A DNA stretch of 64,000 nucleotides from Mustelus asterias (taxonomy: Eukaryota): assembly GCF_964213995.1 (NCBI RefSeq), contig NW_027590175.1, positions 806,001 through 870,000 of the forward strand, given 5' to 3'. Shown piece by piece: positions 33,050 through 46,056 of this stretch (the first letter of the stretch is position 1; each line of letters begins with the position of its first letter). The position numbers were made by a program, and so were the translations under genes. The notes beneath the pieces were generated by a model. That model saw nothing but the letters and a program-made list of their open reading frames with translations. It had not been told where the DNA came from and made no database searches.

Positions 33050-33980
33050 GTTCTCCAGCTGCTGTCTGCAGACTGACAATAAAACCAATGGGTCTTATTG
33101 GGGGTGTTGGGGCCTCCAGCGGGTGTTTGTGAATCCTCCCCGCCCACCTCCCAGGGTTTCCTTCCTTCCCAGAGATCAGAGTCCTCATTGATTTGAGGCC
33201 AAAGTGTAACCTCTTATTTATTGTCCCCCTCCCCCATCCTCTGATGTGAACCATCCTCCAGTGGCTGAGCCAGGATGGGGCCGTTAACCTGGGCCTGTTC
33301 CCGGGAGGGAGGGAGGGAGAAGCCCCGCAGCTGCAAACCAGGGAGCTGACAATGATTCTGAAGGGTTTGCGGATCCACAAAGTGTTTCCAAATCCTCCCA
33401 GCCACCGCCTAACGCTGACTCCGCTTCTCCGGGACAAACAAGCGCCAAGGCCAGCAATGACACTGCGCATGCTCCACATCACAATGCCTGGGCACTGATT
33501 GACGGCAGCTCCGGACCAATAGGAAGAGGGGGCGGGACTGGAGGACCGAGCTGGAGCAGCTGGTCCTCCAACCAATCGGTGTGAATGAGGGGCGGGACCT
33601 GAAGCATGCGCAGTGCGGGTGAACCAGATAAACCTGTTGGACTTTAACCTGGTGTTGTTTGACTTGTTGCTGTGTTTACCCCAGTCCAACGCCGGCATCT
33701 CCACATCAGTGCGGGTAATGGCGACGGACGGCCGGTTTTAGTTTGGAAGCGAGATCAATACAAGGTAGAGGGCGGCGTGAGGGAATGATAAATGTGGCGG
33801 GTGGGTGGAGAGACTTTGTAAACATGTTGTTCAAACTCAAACCCAATCCCCGGAAATGAACTTCCCGGTCCCCCTCTTTGTACCCAATGGAGCGGCAGCT
33901 TGTAGTGTTAGACCCGGGCTGACTGCCGCCATTGAGGCTGCATGTGGGAGGCCGGCAGGGATTGTGATCGGAGAGGGAAG
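33050..33980. promoter_or_regulatory. CpG-rich promoter / first-exon region of ZNF-3, possibly bidirectional
   Basis: TGCGCATGC (NRF1-like) twice, CCAAT boxes, GGGGCGGG GC boxes, CCGGAAAT (ETS-like), GCCGCCATT (YY1-like). Inverted paralogue at 52780-53395. Confidence 0.6.
33621..33706 (+). mobile_element. Short Penelope-like terminal insertion with 10-bp TSD
   Basis: Same sequence family as 41235-41320; flanked by CAGTGCGGGT (33611-33620, 33707-33716); empty site at about 52785-52800. Confidence 0.75.
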
Positions 33981-33982
33981 CC

Positions 33983-34264
33983 GTGACGTCACAATGGAAT
34001 GGGTGAGAGTGTGACGTCACAATGGAATGGGTGAGAGTGTGACGTCACAATGGAATGGGTGAGGGTGTGACGTCACAATGGAATGGGTGAGGGTGTGACG
34101 TCACAATGGAATGGGTGAGGGTGTGACGTCACAATGGAATGGGTGAGAGTGTGACATCACAATGGAATGGGTGAGGGTGTGACGTCACAATGGAATGGGT
34201 GAGGGTGTGACGTCACAATGGAACGGGAGGGAGAGAGTGACGTCACAATGGAATGGGTGAGGGT
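33983..34264 (+). repeat. 28-bp minisatellite, 10 copies, each with a CRE
   Basis: Unit GTGACGTCACAATGGAATGGGTGAG(A/G)GT; copy 7 has TGACATCA. Confidence 0.95.
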
Positions 34265-34312
34265 TCCAGATGAGCTGAGACTGGGCTGGAGTCAGGCGAT
34301 GGCACTGACATG

Positions 34313-34985
34313 TGGCCCGGTGGCACAGTGGTTAGTGCAGCTGCCTAACAGCGCCAGGGACCCGGGTTCAATTCCAGCCTCGGGTCACTGTCTGTGCAGA
34401 GTTTCTACATTCTCCCCGTGTCTGTGTGGGTTTCCTCCGGGTGTTCCGGTTTCCTTCCACAGTCCAAAGATGTGCCGGTTAGACGGATTCATAGAAATCA
34501 TAGAAACCCTACAGTACAGAAAGAGGCCATTCAGCCCATCGAGTCTGCACCGACCACAATCCCACCCAGGCCCTACCCCCATATCCCTACGTATTCTACC
34601 CGCTAATCCCTCTAATCTACGCATCCCAGGACACTAAGGGGCAATTTTAGCATGGCCAATCAACCGAATCTGCACATCTTTGGACTGTGGGAGGAAACCG
34701 GAGCACCCGGAGGAAACCCACGTAAACACGAGGAGAATGTGCAAACTCCACACAGACAGTGACCCAAGCGGGAATCGAACCCAGGTCCCTGGAGCTGTGA
34801 AGCAGCAGTGCTAACCACTGTGCTACCGCGCCGCCCCTGGCCATGATAATTGCCATGATAATTTGGCCATGATAAATTGCCACTTGGTATCAGGGAGATT
34901 AACAGGTAAATATGTGGATAGGGCCTGGATGGGATTGTTGTCAGTGCAGGCTCGATGGGCTGAATGGCCTCCTTCTACACTGTAT
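34313..34985. mobile_element. HE1-like SINE (+) interrupted by a full-length HE1-like SINE (-, about 34487-34837)
   Basis: SINE head at about 34313-34485, inverted complete copy, then remainder of the SINE tail at about 34865-34985. Confidence 0.8.
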
Positions 34986-35259
34986 TTTATTATTCATTAT
35001 TATTAATTAATTACTATCAATGCTTCTTTGAATGAAGGTGGTCTTGATGATGATGTGGACATGTGGCTGGAAGCTCATCTTGGGATGAACTATTTCACCC
35101 TGGTTGTGAACAGCCTGGTTCAGCCTCAGACAGTTGCCAGGAGGAGAGATAAAGTTGTTGGCGAGTTTGTAGTGGGGACGGAACACAATGGGTTCAGTCT
35201 TCCCAGTATTTATATGAAATAAATTTCTGTTCTTTCAGTACAAGTCAGAATAGTGTGCG

Positions 35260-35453
35260 GGGGAGAGGGGAAGCTGCGCATGTGCAGGGGAGAACCCACC
35301 CTCTGATCTTCATGCTGAGGTGTTGACCAATGGGAAGAGTTGGAGGACCGGAAGGACTCTGGTCTTCCAGCCAATCAGAGTGTGGGCTTTGTGTGAATGA
35401 AGATTGATCTTCAGACAGACTCAAACTTCCCCCTGTCGCCAACATCTGTGAGT
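35260..35453 (+). promoter_or_regulatory. Putative promoter / non-coding first exon of ZNF-4
   Basis: TGCGCATGTGC, two CCAAT boxes, donor GTGAGT at 35448. The following intron start is homologous to 48330-48408 upstream of ZNF-5. Confidence 0.45.
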
Positions 35454-37462
35454 AAAACACTTTCTTTTCTCCCCCTTTCCATTTATTTTCTCATTCTGGG
35501 GGAAATTGGGGACTTGCAGCAACTGAAGGGAAAGGAAGTGAATCCAGGGAGGCTGCAGACTCTGGAAAGGTTGGCCCAGGTTTCTCTCTCTCTCAAACCA
35601 GAAAATGATCCGTTTCTGCCCACTGTTTGCTGTTAGCCAACCTTCTATCCACGCCAATATGTCATCCCCACAGCATGAATTTTTATTTGCTGCAATAACC
35701 TTTGATGTGGCACCTCATCAAATGTCTTCTGGAAATCTAAGTACAGCGCATCCACCGGTTTCCCTTTATCCAATTCCCGATGGGGAATTTTAGAAAATTG
35801 AACAACACACCAACTATCTCACTCTGTTAAGACCCGAGAATGAAGCCCAGCAGGACCCGAGGACTCATCAGCCCACAGCTCCAACAGTTTGCTGAGGACC
35901 ACTTCCCTGGGAATTGTGCTTTTTCAGAGTTCATCCCACACTTCTGTTTTCTGATTTCCAGCTGTTTCTGAGTTTTAACTGTATCCTCTATTGTGAACAC
36001 CGAGGCAAAATACTTGTTCAATTCATCTCCCAGCTCCTTATTTTTCATTATCAATTCCTGGACTCACTTTCTATTAGACAGTTAAGAAATGAGGTGGAGC
36101 AAGTGACTGAAGTGTCAGTCAGGGAGCACTATTGGGAGCACCAATAGTTTCAAAATAGTTCTGGAAAAAGATAGGACAGGTCCACAGGTCAAGGCCCTAA
36201 ACTGGAGCAGGGCCACTTTTGTGGGCATTAGGCAGGATCTAGCAGATGTCGATTAGGTGAGTTCCTTTGAAGGGAAAGGAATGACTGGCAAATGGGAGGT
36301 TTTAAAAGTGTGATATCAAGAGTCCAGGGGCAGTATATTCCTGTTAAGATGAAGGGAAAGAATGGTAAATTTAGGGATCTCTGGCAGACAAGGGACATTG
36401 AGGCTCTGGTCAGGTAAAAGAAGGAAGCATACATTGGGTTTAGGCAATCGGGGACAAGTGAATCACTCTGACTATAAAAAGTGTAAGAAAATACTGAAGA
36501 GGGAAATCAGGAGGACAAAAAGAGGGTCTGATATGGATCTGGCAGGTAAGATTAAAGAAAATTCCAAGAGGTTCTATAGATATATTAAACGTAAACGGGT
36601 GGCTCGAGAGAGAATAGATCCCCTTAAAAATCAGTCTGGCCATCTGTGTGTGGAGCCACAGGAGATGGGTGAGATTTTTAATGAATACTTCTCCTCTGTG
36701 TTTACTGCGGAGAGCACCATGGGTGCTAAAGAAATAAGGGAAACAAGTGGTGATGTCTTGGGCACACGCATGTTACTTGGGAGGAGGTATCTGCAGCCTT
36801 ATAAAAGCAAATTACTGCGGATGCTGGAATCTGAAACCAAGAGAGAAAATGCTGGAAAATCTCAGCAGGTCTGGCAGCATCTGTAAGGAGAGAAAAGAGC
36901 TGATGTTTCTTGTCCAGATGACCCTTTGTCAAAGCTCTGAAACATCTCCATACAGATGCTGCCAGACCTGCTGAGAATGGGGAGAGAGTGTGTGGGATGG
37001 AGATTTACAGCTTTTGGGGAATGAGAGAGGAAAGAATGTTCCATAGAAATTGTCTGTTCTGAATTTCTACCCTGTACTGACACTGATGACTTTTGGAAAC
37101 ACATTTTACAGGATATTGAAAGAGGAATCACAGGCCGAAATCTCAAACATCACGTCTAGGCGTGACAGAATCATTTTCCTTGGGACCTCAATATCATCGG
37201 ACTTTGAATCCAGAAGGAGAAATGATTGTCCAGTCTGTCAATTTGAAAATATTTGAAATGTCAGTGTGAGTGAAAAAGCATCAACACACTGCTACACTCG
37301 AGTGAGTGTGTTCCACTGCACTGACTAAAGAGCTTTAACCAGTTACACAGTCTGAATAAATATCACACCATTCACAGCGGGTAGAGACTGTAATCTTGTT
37401 CTGTGTGTGGACGAAGTTTCAACTAATTGTTCACTCAAGAGAGCGGTAAGGACTCCTGCACC

Positions 37463-38053
37463 ATGGAGAAACCATGGAAATGTGTGGACTGTGGGAAGAG
37501 ATACAGAGCCCCATATAAGCTGGAAGCCCATCGGCGCAGCCACACTGGGGAGAGGCCGTTCACCTGCTCTCAATGTGGGAAAGGATTCAGTCAGTTATCC
37601 GACCTGCAGAGACACCAGCGAGTTCACACTGGGGAGAGGCCATTCACCTGCTCTCAATGTGGGAAGGGATTCAGTCAGTTATCCGACCTGCAGAGACACC
37701 AGCAAGTTCACACTGGGGAGAGGCCATTCACATGTTCCCAGTGTGGGAAGGGATTCGCTCAGTCATCCAACCTGCTGACACATGAACGAGTTCACACTGG
37801 GGAGAGACCATTCACCTGCTCTCAGTGTGGGAAGGGATTCACTCAGTTATCCCACCTGCAGTCACACCAGCGAGTTCACACTGGGGAGAAACCATTCACC
37901 TGTTCTCAGTGTGGGAAGGGGTTCACTCGGTCATCTGACCTGCGGACACACCAGCGAGTTCACACTGGGGAGAGGCCGTTCACCTGCTCTCAGTGTGGGA
38001 AGGGATTCAGAGTTTCATCCCGGCTGCTGAGACACCAGCAAGTTCACGAGTGA
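37463..38053 (+). CDS. C2H2 zinc-finger protein ZNF-4 (7 fingers)
   Basis: MEKPWKC start, 196 aa. Confidence 0.9.
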   Translation: MEKPWKCVDCGKRYRAPYKLEAHRRSHTGERPFTCSQCGKGFSQLSDLQRHQRVHTGERPFTCSQCGKGFSQLSDLQRHQQVHTGERPFTCSQCGKGFAQSSNLLTHERVHTGERPFTCSQCGKGFTQLSHLQSHQRVHTGEKPFTCSQCGKGFTRSSDLRTHQRVHTGERPFTCSQCGKGFRVSSRLLRHQQVHE

Positions 38054-38291
38054 TTCCAGGGGTTGGATTCTGCTGTTATTGTTTCTGCTCTCAGTTGCAT
38101 CCAGGACTGCATTTTGTTCATTCTCACAGTTGGTCAATGGGGAGGGTCAGAGGGTTTCTTTGTGCTGGACTGGCTGGTCTCAGCCTCCAGTGGGCTGATG
38201 CTCTTTGAGTCTTTTTGCGAATACCTGGTTTCAAATGTCACAAGGATCACAGAGTGACAGGGTGTTCGGAAGTTTAGAGATATTTAGTCAG

Positions 38292-39345
38292 AAGAAAACA
38301 GAGGTTGGCAGTGCAAAGGTACATTTCTGAATGGAGGGCTGTGACAAGTGACGTTCCTCAGGGATCAGTGCTGGGACTTTTGCTGTTTGTAATATATATA
38401 AATGATTTGGAGGAAAATGTAACTGGTTTGATTGGTAAGTTTGTGGACGACACAAAGGTTAGTGGAATTGCGGATAACGATGGGGACCGGCAGAGGATAC
38501 AGCAGGATATAGATCAGTTGGAGACTTGGGCGGAGAGATGGTAGATGAAGTTTAATCCGGACAAATGTGAGGTAATGCATTTTGGAAGGTCTAATACAGA
38601 TGGGAAATATACAGTAAATGCAGAACCCTTAAGAGTATTCATAGGTAGAGGGATCTGGGTGTACAGGTGCACAGGTTATTGAAAGTGGCAATGAGGTGGA
38701 GAAGATAATCAAGAAGGCATATGGCATGCTTGCCTTCATCGGCCGGGGCATTGAGTTTAAAAATTGGCAAGTCATGTTGCAGCTTTATAGAACCTTAGAC
38801 CGCACTTGGAACCTCGTGTTCAATTCTGGTCACCACACTGCCAGAAGGATGTGGAGGCTTTGGAGAGGGTACGGAAAATATTTAACAGGATGTTGCCTGG
38901 TGTGGAGGGCATTAGCTATGTGGAGAGGTTGGAGAAACTTGGTTTGTTCTCACTGGAGCAATGGAGGTTGAGGGGCGACCTGATAGAAGTCTACAAGATT
39001 CTGAGGGTCATGGACAGAGTGGATAATCAGAAGCTTTTTCCCAGGGTGGAAGAGTCAATTACTAGGGAGACAGGTTTAAGGTGCGAGGGGCAAGGTTTAA
39101 AGGAGATGTACAAGGCAGGTTTTTTACACAGAGGGTGGTAGGTGCCTGGAACCCGTTGCCGGGGAAGGTAGTGGAAGCAGATACGATAGTGACTTTTAAG
39201 ATGTGTCTTGACAAATATATAAATAGCATAGGAATAGAGGGATATGGTCCCCGGAAAGGTAGGGGGTTTTAGTTCAGACGGGCAGCATGGTTGCTACAGG
39301 CTTGGAGGGCCAAAGGGCTTGTTTCTGTGCTGTAATATTCTTTGT
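38292..39345 (+). mobile_element. CR1 3' fragment inserted in the ZNF-4 3' flank
   Basis: VPQGSVLG and FVDDTKV motifs; absent from the homologous ZNF-1 flank near 3660. Confidence 0.85.
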
Positions 39346-40083
39346 TCTGTTTGGAACATCCCAAATGCTCATCCAATTTCCTTTTTAATTGTTTATTTTC
39401 TCCACTTCCTCCACCCTCGTAGGCAGCGGGTTTCAGGTCATTACCATTCACTGCATCAGAATATTCTTCCTAACATCCCCCCCCCCCCCTTGCATCTCTG
39501 ACCCAAAACAAGAAATCTGTGTCCCCCTCGTCCTTGTCCCTTCAGCTCATGGGAACAGCTTTTCTTTGTCCACCTTATCTAAACCTGTCAGAATCTTGTC
39601 CACCTCTATCAAATCTCACCTCAACCTCCTTTGCTCCAAGGAGAACAACCCCAGCCTGACATCGACAATAAAGAACAAACTAACAGAATATGTTAACACC
39701 TGAAATCAAATGGGAATGTTTAATTTCTGTTTTAAAGATATTGTGAATGTATTGTCCTGGACAATAAAGGAATTGGAATAACACACCTTGGGTGTGGTTG
39801 AATGGAATATGTCAATCTGATATCCACCTACAGTCCAGTGAAAGTCTGGAATATGTAGCTGGAAATCCCTCCCTAACAGCACTGTGGGTGTACGTACACC
39901 TCAGGCATTGCAGCAGTTCAAGAAGGCACCCTTGGGGTTGGGGTTGACCATGGCCAAGGCAGCTACATACAGCCACATATTCTGTTATAATTGAAGGACT
40001 GCAGATTGAATGTGAGGCATTGTGGGACTGGACTATCTTGACCATATTCATGTGACTGCCCGGAAACCCATGTGTCTATTTTA

Positions 40084-41844
40084 AAGAACAAAGAACAATA
40101 CAGCACAGGAACAGGCCCTTCAGCCCTCCAAGCCTGCACCGATCATGTGTTCCTAACTAGACCATCCGTTTGTATCCCTCTATTCCCAGTCTGTTCCTGT
40201 GGCTATCTAGATAAGTCTTAAATGATCCTAGCGTGTCTGCCTCAACCACCTTGCTTGGTAGTGCATTCCAGGCCCCCACCACCCTCTGTGTAAAGTACGT
40301 CCCCCACATATCTGTATTGAACCTTGCCCCCCTTACCTTGAACTTGTGACCCCTTGTGTTTGTCATTTCTGACCTGGGAAAAAGCTTCCAACTGTTCACC
40401 CTATCTGTGCCCTTCATAATTTTATAAACTTCTATTAGGTCGCCCCCTCAACCTCTGTCTTTCCAGGGAGAACAACCCTAGTTTACTCAATCTCTCCTCA
40501 TAGCGAATACCCTTCATACCAGGCAACATCCTGGTAAACCTTTTCTGCACTCTCTGCAAAGCCTCCACGTCCTTCTGGTAGTGTGGCGACCAGAACTGGA
40601 CGCAGTATTCCAAATGTGGCCTAACCAACATTCTATATAACTGCAACATCATATGCCAACTTTTATACTCTATGCCCCGTCCACTAAAGGCAAGCATGCC
40701 ATATGCCTTCTTCACCACCTTTTCCACCTGGGCTGCCACCTTTAAGGATCCGTGGACTTGCACACCCAGATCCCTCTGCGTGTCTATACTCCTGATGGTT
40801 CTGCCATTTATTGTATAGCTCCCCCCTGCATTAGATCTACAAAATGCATCACTTTGAATTTATCTGGATTAAATTCCATCTGCCATTTCTCGGCCCAATT
40901 TTCCAGCCTATCTATATCCTGCTGTATTCTCTGACAATGTTCATCACTACCCGCAACCCCAGCAATCTTTGTGTCGTCCACAAACTTACTAATCAGACCA
41001 GCTACATCGTCTTCCAAATCATTTATATATATCACAAACAGGAGAGGTCCCAGTACAGAGCCCTGCGGAACACCACTAATATCTGTCTGTATCTTTAAGA
41101 CCTGGCTGGTTGTAGAGATTCGCATTCTAATCAGTATTCTGTAATTTGATTTTGTGTCTCTGTGCACTGTTTGAGAACACATTTCCACTCCATCTGACAA
41201 AGGAGCAGCGCTCCGAAAGCTTATGGTATTTGCTACCAAATAAACCTGTTGGACTTTAACCTGGTGTTGTAAAACTCTTACTGTGTTCACCCCAGTCCAA
41301 CGCCGGCATCTCCACATCATGAACACCACTAGTCACAGACCTCCAATCAGAAAAAGACCCCTCCACTGCTACCCTCTCTTCTATGGCCAAGCCAGTTCTG
41401 TACCCATCTCGCGAGTTCACCTTTGATCCCGTGAGATTTAACCTTTTGCACCAGCCTGCCATGAGGGACCTTGTCAAACGCTTTACTAAAATCCATGTAG
41501 ACGACATCCACGGCCCTTCCCTCATCAATCATTTTTGGCACCTCCTCAAAAAACTCAACCAAATTTGCGAGGCATGACCTCCCTTGTACAAAACCATGTT
41601 GTCTATCGCTAATGAGATTATTCAGTTCTAAATGTATATAGATCCTATCTCTAAGAATCTTCTCCAACAATTTCCCTACCACAAACATCAAGCTCACTGG
41701 CCTATAATTACCCTTGCTACCTTTCTTAAATAACGGGACCACATTTGCTATCCTCCAATCCTCTGGGACCTCACCTGTGTCCAATGAAGAAACAAAGATT
41801 TCTGTTAGAGGCCCAGCAATTTCATCTCTTGTCTCTCTCAGTAA
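40084..41844 (-). mobile_element. CR1 LINE, truncated, containing a nested insertion
   Basis: ORFs 41347-41868, 40808-41329, 40422-40763 and 40157-40417 carry RT motifs. Confidence 0.9.
41079..41320 (+). mobile_element. 242-bp Penelope-like terminal insertion with hammerhead motif (41190-41226) and 11-bp TSD
   Basis: TSD GAACACCACTA at 41068-41078 and 41321-41331; CCAT-CTGACAA-A-GGAGC-AGC-GCTCC-GAAA-GCTT-ATGG. Confidence 0.75.
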
Positions 41845-43444
41845 CTGGAAGTCCCTTCCTAACAGCACTGTGGGTGTACATACACCTCAGGCATTGCAGC
41901 AGTTCAAGAATGCACCCTTGGGGTTGGGGTTGACCACGGCCGAGGCAGCTACATACAGCCACATATTCTGTTATAATTGAAGGACTGCAGATTGAATATG
42001 AGGCATTGTGGGACTGGACTATCTTGACCATATTCCTGTGACTGCCCGGAAACACGTGTCTATTTTAGTTTATAATTGAGGATTTCTGGGAATAAGTTAA
42101 ATGCGGAAATATTAACCATAGCCTGGAGGAATTTGGAATAACTGAGAATTTTATCCCCAGATAAAGAACAAAGATTTTGCCTGTGTTTGGGTGTAACGTG
42201 TTTGGGGTTTTAAATCAACAAAAGATGTTGCCTCTAAAATCAGTCCTTGTAAGTTGGCTTAAAAAAGATTAAGTTATAATGAAGGATCTTGTATCTTATT
42301 TTAATCAAGGAGTTGTGAGCTTGTCGTGCTCTGTCGCTTTAAGAAGCTATAGCTGCGAGAGAGAATGCTGAGGATTCATTGTTTGAAATTTATGAGCTGT
42401 GAGAATCTGTGTGTTTTGTTTGTTTTATGTGGATGTTTGTAGATGTGTTTTATCATTGTTTTGGGCTACATTTGTTACGGTTTATCTTTCTGGTGGATTA
42501 ACCTGATCTTGAATCTTTAATTAAAGGCATTTTTGGAAGTTTAAAAACAGGATCACGAGAACGCTTAAGTAATTAATTTTGGTTATTGTTGTTGTAAAGC
42601 ACATGCTAAGTTTCTCTGTTTGTGTATGGATGATATTTGTGGGTTGAACGCTTCAAGCTTTGAGGTTTTCTGTCTGTGATTTAAATCAAACAGATTTTTA
42701 ACAAAGAAAGTGTGATCAATAAAACTTTTTTTGTTCAGAAGTTATGAACCTGGAGCCATATTTACTGGCCAGAGACAGGATTCCAGGATATTTTACTAAA
42801 CATGTGGAAACTTTAATCCGGATACAATTCACCCATGTGAGAATGAGAGTTTTAATTTGTAATGGTTATTTAAAATTTGACACGTGAAATGATTCTGACC
42901 AATCCTGTGTTGGATTGATCTTGGGTTAAACTTCCTGTCAGGTCCAAAGATTTATTCCTGACGCAAGTAACACAAAGAAAAGGAAAATTCTGGAATTGGA
43001 TACTGAAGAAAAGAGTTTACAAAGAAAGAGTATTAAATAGAAATGTTCCCAGACCATGTGGTCATTAGATTAAAACAAAGGAAGGGTGCTGACGTCCATT
43101 TGAGAAATTTTAATCCACCCCATTTCTAACTAAGGGAGTCTATGGACAAAGAAAGCCCAAGAAAGACCCCCCCAAGGGGGGGTCTGGAAAACATCATGAT
43201 GAGGGCACCTGTCCATGAGATGATCACAAAGCCCCATAATGCCCAGATACTAATTTTATTGAACCTATAATGTATGTAATCTATCACCATTCTGATTGGA
43301 TTGTGTCCAGCCGGGATGGGCTGAGTAACTGGATAAGAATTGATGATATTCTTTGTTGGGTGGAGTTGCACATGGTCAGCCCCTGTGGCTTCTCCCCGCT
43401 GGCGTAACTCAATAAACTGTTTGTCGATTGAATCAGGCACAACA

Positions 43445-44509
43445 CACTGGGTACATTACCACTTCATCCTTGGGAGTGGCCTGATAGGCCGTGGTCCAGA
43501 CTAAATGTGGCCTTTGGGGGGCCTTTCATGAATCACGTGTGTTTGGTCGTTGTAAATGTGCATTCAAAATGGTTGGAAGCACAGATCATGAGTAATATTC
43601 CAGCTCCTGTGACAATAGAGAAGCTCTGTCAAATTTTCACAAGCCTGGGTTACCAGATTGGCTTGTTTCAGATAACGACACTCTGTTTACAAGTGAGGTG
43701 TTTCAGGAATTCCTGTAAAGGAATGGTCTATGCCATGTGCGTACTGCACCGTTTCATCTGGCTACAAATGGTCTCACAGAAAGAGCTGTTCAAACTCTGA
43801 AGGAGGGATTGAAGAGAATGGCAGGCGATACTTTAAGAACAAGCTCTCAAGATTTGTGTTCCAGTTTCGCATCACACCACAATCCACAACCGGACTCTCT
43901 CCTGTGGAATTTTTAGGGAGAATGTTGAAGTCTCATCTGGATCTGCTTCATCCAGATCTCAGAGCAAAAGTGAGCAGGAGACAAGAGAAGCAGAAGGAGG
44001 GACACGACTGCCACGCCAAAGAGAGGCAGTTCAAACCGGGTGATCAGGTTTACATCAGAAACTTTGGGAGTAACCAAAGGTGGTTACCGGGAATAATTTT
44101 AAACCAAAGTGGTCCAGTATCTTGGGTGGTGAGACTGTAAAACGGAAGAGTTGTTCGCAGACACCAAGACCATATTCGCTTGCGGTGTGACCCCGAGTCA
44201 GGAACAGTTTCAGAGTCACCAACCATTACTGAGAACATGGCAGAGGGTCATGCTGCTGTGGATGTTCACCAGGAAATGGTTCCAGCTTTGCCAGTTGACT
44301 CTGCTGTGGGAGTGGAAGAGGAATGTTCATGTACAGATTCTCAAACTACCTCTTCACCTCCCATTCCAGAAACACCATTACAAGATTTACCAGTGGTATT
44401 GTACAGGTCGCAATGCAACCACAAAGCTCCTGACAGACTTCCATATTGTTAAAGACATTACTTTGTTGTATTTTTGTCCTGATGGGGGATTGAAATTTAA
44501 GGGGAGAAG
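43445..44509 (+). mobile_element. Ty3/Gypsy LTR-retrotransposon integrase remnant
   Basis: PLHPWEWPDRPWSRL..GPF..LVVVNVHSKWLEA, NGLTERAVQTLK, FRITPQSTTGLSP, FKPGDQVYIRNF..GPVSW; polypurine tract AAGGGGAGAAG followed by TGT at 44510. Confidence 0.85.
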
Positions 44510-44937
44510 TGTTACAGAGTGTTCTTCTCAGCCTCTCTCCCTTCTGAGCACGTGCGGGCTTTGGGCGGGGTTTCAGTCTGCAAGTCCAGGCTGGTTCCAA
44601 TGCTCCTGTTTCCTTTTGTTTGCCACGGTTTTTTAAACTTTGTTATTTATTTATATAAAGAACATTCTGCTTTTAACAATGCATTCAACTACCTTATCTG
44701 TGGACTGAAGTTCCCACAATTGTAAAGCAGGAGATTAGTTAAATGGACAGCCTGAATTGAGAGATAATTAAAGAATAAATGATTCATTAATACAGATGTT
44801 AGGCTGGAAATGTAAATTTGAACACTAAAGTTCTTAACTTTTAGAATTATAAACATAAGAATGGTTAAAATGTGTGGGAATTATAAGATATTGCCTTCTG
44901 ATGCCAACAGAATAGAAAAAACATGACAAGACTTGTT

Positions 44938-45470
44938 AGGGTGGCCGGTGGTACACTGGTTAGCACTGCTGCCTCACAGTGTCAGAGACCTGGGTTTGAT
45001 TCCCGGCTTGGGAGACTCTGTGGAGTTTGCATGTTGTTCCCGTGTCCGCCTGGTTTTCTTCCGGGTGCTCTGGTTTTCTCCCACAGTCCGAAAGATGTGC
45101 TGGTTAGGTGCATTGACCATGCTAAATTCTCCCTCAGTGCACCCAAACAGATGCCAGAGTGCGGTGACTCGGGGATTTTCCCAGGAACTTCATTTATTAG
45201 TGTCACAAGTCGGCTTACATTGACACTGCAATGAAGTTACTCTGAAAATCCCAAGTTACCACACTCAGGCGCCTGTTCGGGTACACTGAGGGAGAATTTA
45301 GCACGGCCAGTGCACCTAACCAGCAGGTCTTTCGGGCTGTGGGAGGAAACCGGAGCACCCGGAGGAAACCCACGCAGATACAGGGACAATATGCAGACGC
45401 TGCAGACCCAAGCTGGGAGTCGAACCCGGGTCCCTGGTGCTGTGAGGCAGCAGTGCTAACCACTGTGCCC
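44938..45470. mobile_element. Two tRNA-derived SINEs tail-to-tail (+ about 44938-45190, - about 45193-45470)
   Basis: Both are of the 6786 subfamily, in opposite orientation. Confidence 0.8.
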
Positions 45471-46056
45471 TACAGAGAGGTGTTGGGAGCTGTTGATTTT
45501 ACAAGTTATCCATGTTTTCGGAGCCATCACTTCATGTCCTGGTCTGAGAAGGATAGAGAGAAGTCTGTTCATAACATATAGGAGCAGAATTAGACCATTC
45601 GGCCCATCGAGTCTGCTCCGTCATTCGATCATGGCTGATATGCTCCTCATCCCCATGTTCCTGCTTCTCCCCATAACATTTCATAAGTTCATATGTTCAA
45701 TTGTTAAAGCTAAAGTTTCTCCTTTTACTGTTAATCGATACTTTCCTTTTTTATCTTTGACTTGTTACATTTTTAATGGTTAATAAACTTACTGAATCAC
45801 CGTTTAAAGTATTCTTTCTTGCCACACGGTTAAGTCACTGGAACCTGGTGTGATTTACAGTTATGGAGTTATTGTAAACAAGAGAACCCCCATAAATCTT
45901 AGTTCAAATAAATCAAAGTTCTCACAAATGGAATGCTATCCTTTATTCTGAGAGAAATTGAACACAGAAGTAGATATTATGCTTCAGTTATACAGGGCGT
46001 TGCTGAGACTGCATCTTGAACACTGGGTGCAGTTTTTGTCTCCAATTAAACAAAGG

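Larger units (their letters stand above)
35790..39694 (+). repeat. Segmental duplication, copy A (inverted copy at 48409-52770)
   Basis: Colinear reverse-complement match covering CR1 relics, the PLE fragment, the ZNF gene, its 3' UTR and the CR1 insertion. Confidence 0.9.

Noticed and set aside
33015-33704. 229-aa ORF with a paralogue at 52832-53301
   Set aside because: GC-rich promoter DNA; its start and end lie inside TE insertions and the frame is not preserved in the paralogue.
33983-34264. Regular 28-bp repeats (and the 23-bp array at 52400) resembling a CRISPR array
   Set aside because: Head-to-tail tandem units with no unique spacers, no cas genes, vertebrate context.
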